A DNA stretch of 42,523 nt, taken from contig JBLIRN010000026.1 of NCBI GenBank assembly GCA_049472315.1, positions 1 through 42,523 of the forward strand, read 5' to 3'. Shown piece by piece: positions 40,194 to 42,523 of this stretch. Every line of letters starts with the position of its first letter. Position 1 is the stretch's first letter. The translations under genes and the position numbers were made by a program. The stretch is from a bacterium. Its GTDB lineage: Bacteria > SZUA-182 > DTGQ01 > JAFGSM01. The notes under the pieces were generated by a model, which saw only the letters and a list, made by a program, of their open reading frames with translations, was not told the origin of the DNA and made no database searches.

Positions 40194-41070
40194 TGCCATG
40201 CACCCCCTGAGATCACCTTCGAACACAACCAATCGAGGCGGTTTCCAGCACCGGCCTGCAGAAAAATACCCCTCCCGCCGCCCTCCCGTTCATATCTCTA
40301 TTTCTGTGACCATTCTCGTATTCCTCGTCTGCATCCTGTGCGTCCTTTTCTCAGGAATCGCCCTCAACGCCCAAAACGAATCCTCCTTGCCCTTGCCCCA
40401 GGGGTATGTGAACGACCTGGCAGGGATCCTCTCTCCCCAGACCACCCGACACCTGGAGGGATTGATCACCGCCCTGAACAGGGCAACCACCGCGGAGGTG
40501 GCAGTGGTGACCGTGGAGAGCATCGCCCCCTCCACCATCGAGGAATACGCGGTGCGCCTCTTCGAGACCTGGGGGATCGGACAGAAGGACAAGGACAACG
40601 GGGTGCTCCTCCTGGTCGCCCTCAGGGAGCGGGAGGTGAGGATCGAGGTGGGCTACGGCCTGGAAGGCGCCATCACCGACGGCACCGCCGGGCAGATCAT
40701 CCGCAGCATCATCGTCCCCGAATTCAAACGGGGCGATTTCGACCAGGGGGTGCTCGCCGGCACCGAGGCCATAATGCGCCTCATCACCAAGGAATACAAC
40801 GTCGAGTTCCCGGAGGGGACCACCTTCAAGACCCAGGCCAGGGTCGAGCCCACGGGCTCGTCCGGGCTCAGCAGCCTGTTCATGTTTTTCCTGGGACTCT
40901 TTATCCTCTTTATCATCATCCGCAGCGGGCTCTGGCCGCTCCTCTTTATCGGCTTCCCCCCTGGCGGCGGCAGGGGCGGCTGGTCCGGGGGCGGAGGTGG
41001 CTTCGGCGGCGGATTCGGGGGGTTCGGCGGAGGCCTCAGTGGAGGGGGCGGGGCCAGCGGAAGCTGGTAG
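40183..41070 (+). CDS. TPM-domain (YgcG-like) membrane protein with Gly-rich tail
   Basis: GYVNDLAGIL, EVAVVTV, WGIGQKDKDNGVLLLVA, RIEVGYGLEG.ITD, C-terminal [21 protein letters not shown] before ATG 40183. Confidence 0.92.
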   Translation: MRHNAMHPLRSPSNTTNRGGFQHRPAEKYPSRRPPVHISISVTILVFLVCILCVLFSGIALNAQNESSLPLPQGYVNDLAGILSPQTTRHLEGLITALNRATTAEVAVVTVESIAPSTIEEYAVRLFETWGIGQKDKDNGVLLLVALREREVRIEVGYGLEGAITDGTAGQIIRSIIVPEFKRGDFDQGVLAGTEAIMRLITKEYNVEFPEGTTFKTQARVEPTGSSGLSSLFMFFLGLFILFIIIRSGLWPLLFIGFPPGGGRGGWSGGGGGFGGGFGGFGGGLSGGGGASGSW

Positions 41071-41088
41071 ACCCTGCCCCACCGGCGG

Positions 41089-42099
41089 TCAGCCCGGCAA
41101 ACGGTCCAGCGGGCTCTCCAGTCGCTGTATATCCCGGTCCATGACGTGGGTGTAGATCTCGGTGGTCTTCACGTCCGCATGACCGAGGAGTTCCTGAAGC
41201 ACGCGTATGTTCACCCCGTTTTCCAGCATGTGGGTGGCGAAGCTGTGGCGCAGGGTATGGCAGCCGATCTTTTTGTCGATCCCGGCCTGCTTTGCGGCCC
41301 GTTTCACCGCCTTTTGCAGCCCGGATTCAAGCACATGATGGCGCATCTCCCTGCCCGAACGCGGATCGACGGATCGATCCCTTGCCGGGAATACCCATTG
41401 CCAGCCGGTCTCTCGTGCCGCCTTTGGATATTTCCTGGCAAGCGCCTCAGGGATATAGACTTCTCCGAACCCTTCCTCAAGATCCTGATGATGGATGGCC
41501 TTCACCGCCTCGATCTGCGCCTGCATTTCGTCATGCAGGTTCCGAGGCAGAATGGTGGTCCGGTCCTTTCCGCCCTTGCCACCCCGGACAAAGATGAGGC
41601 CTTGGCCGAAATCCACATCCTTGATGCGCAGGCGGATACACTCAAGCAGGCGCAGACCACCGCCATAGAGCAGCTTCGCCATGAGGGCATGCCTGCCCTC
41701 CATGGCAGCGAGCAGTCGCTGGACCTCCACCTGAGTGAGCACGGTGGGCGGCCTTTGCTTCCGTTTACTGCGGACAGGCGCGATTTCATTGACTAGTGGC
41801 TTGTCGAGGACATCCCGATAGAGAAAAACCAGCGCATTCAATGCCTGCCGCTGGGTCGACGCGGACACCTGTCCCTCGGTTGCGAGATGGGATAGAAAGC
41901 GCTCCACGTCGTTTGCCCCAAGCATGTTTGGGTGGGTCTTTCCGCCGAAATGATAAATATACCGAAGTATCCACTTGCAATAGGTCTGCTCCGTGCGGTA
42001 GGCATAGTGATGATAACGAAGTACCTCCCGCACCTGGTCCATGAGATTCAGGCGGGGATTCGGGTGGAATTTCGGTTTGTTTTTTTCTTGATTTTCCAT
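41089..42099 (-). CDS. intI: Integron integrase (tyrosine recombinase)
   Basis: HYAYRTEQTY..W, VSASTQRQAL.AL, LLYGGGLR..E, GKGGKDR, IntI-specific insert GFGEVYIPEALARKYP..WQWVFP..DPRSG..RHH, HTLRHSFATH, LGHADVKTTEIYTH. Confidence 0.95.
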   Translation of the reverse strand: MENQEKNKPKFHPNPRLNLMDQVREVLRYHHYAYRTEQTYCKWILRYIYHFGGKTHPNMLGANDVERFLSHLATEGQVSASTQRQALNALVFLYRDVLDKPLVNEIAPVRSKRKQRPPTVLTQVEVQRLLAAMEGRHALMAKLLYGGGLRLLECIRLRIKDVDFGQGLIFVRGGKGGKDRTTILPRNLHDEMQAQIEAVKAIHHQDLEEGFGEVYIPEALARKYPKAARETGWQWVFPARDRSVDPRSGREMRHHVLESGLQKAVKRAAKQAGIDKKIGCHTLRHSFATHMLENGVNIRVLQELLGHADVKTTEIYTHVMDRDIQRLESPLDRLPG

Positions 42100-42200
42100 A
42101 TTCCATCATATAATATCGCAATATGTGGAAACAGACAAGAAAAAATGTAATAGGTGGACAGCGAAGGGGCGAATTTTCCATATTTTGCGTTTAATATAAG

Positions 42201-42452
42201 AATAAGTGGAAATCCAGTCCGTCTATAGGGGGTAATATGGCGGACAGCTTTCCACTTATTGCACTGATAGGACGGACCGCTCGCAAGCGAGCGGTCCGTC
42301 CTATCGGCGGCGGATGCTTCGCCATTACCCTTGCTAGGCTCCGCTCGCGCTCCGCCTATCAAGGGCAATGGAGCCGACTGCGATTCTCGGTTTTGGCTGG
42401 AGCAAGCTCCGCCAAAACCTGCGAGTCTCGCGGCTCATCCGCCGCCGATAGG
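42201..42452. repeat. Cluster of nested inverted repeats upstream of intI
   Basis: 12-bp IR 42201-42212/42249-42260; perfect 19-bp IR spanning 42266-42305; 17-bp IR 42300-42316/42436-42452 enclosing two further long stems. Confidence 0.85.
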
Positions 42453-42523
42453 GAGAATCCCGAAACAACGGCTGAAAGGGGAAGGAGTCAGAGCACCGCG
42501 CACATGGCAAGGACACCGCCCAT

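Noticed and set aside
42334..42516. Integron cassette ORF or group II intron
   Set aside because: The short ORFs run through palindromes and lack RBS or motifs; no intact intron domain V or attC found.

Overview
Chromosomal region (moderately GC-rich coding DNA, AT-rich intergenic stretches) of an anaerobic, probably Desulfobacterota/deltaproteobacteria-like bacterium (inferred from gene content only). Left to right: (1) a membrane class III cyclase-TPR-HD-GYP protein and a GAF-PilB/GspE ATPase; (2) a tightly packed minus-strand 7-gene run: ExeA-LysM, PilN-like, PilO-like, GspB/MshK-like, a P1B-ATPase fused to HflK, HflC and a second HflK; (3) a small membrane protein, a candidate structured ncRNA, a HAD hydrolase, AmmeMemoRadiSam protein B and a hybrid kinase; (4) eno-ftsB-two nucleotide-sugar enzymes-pyrR-pyrB-pyrC; (5) an intergenic region with a ~55-bp tandem repeat, DnaA boxes and NrdR boxes; (6) the anaerobic RNR operon nrdD-nrdH-like-nrdG; (7) an LVIVD-repeat surface protein and a Cache/HAMP kinase; (8) dnaJ-degP-like-moaC-tatD-NTase-TPM; (9) an integron integrase followed by a hairpin-dense element at the expected attI position. 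Best candidate for an undescribed system: the metal P-type ATPase covalently built into an HflK/HflC (SPFH) cage locus with no FtsH nearby. All calls come from motif recognition by eye; no database searches were run.
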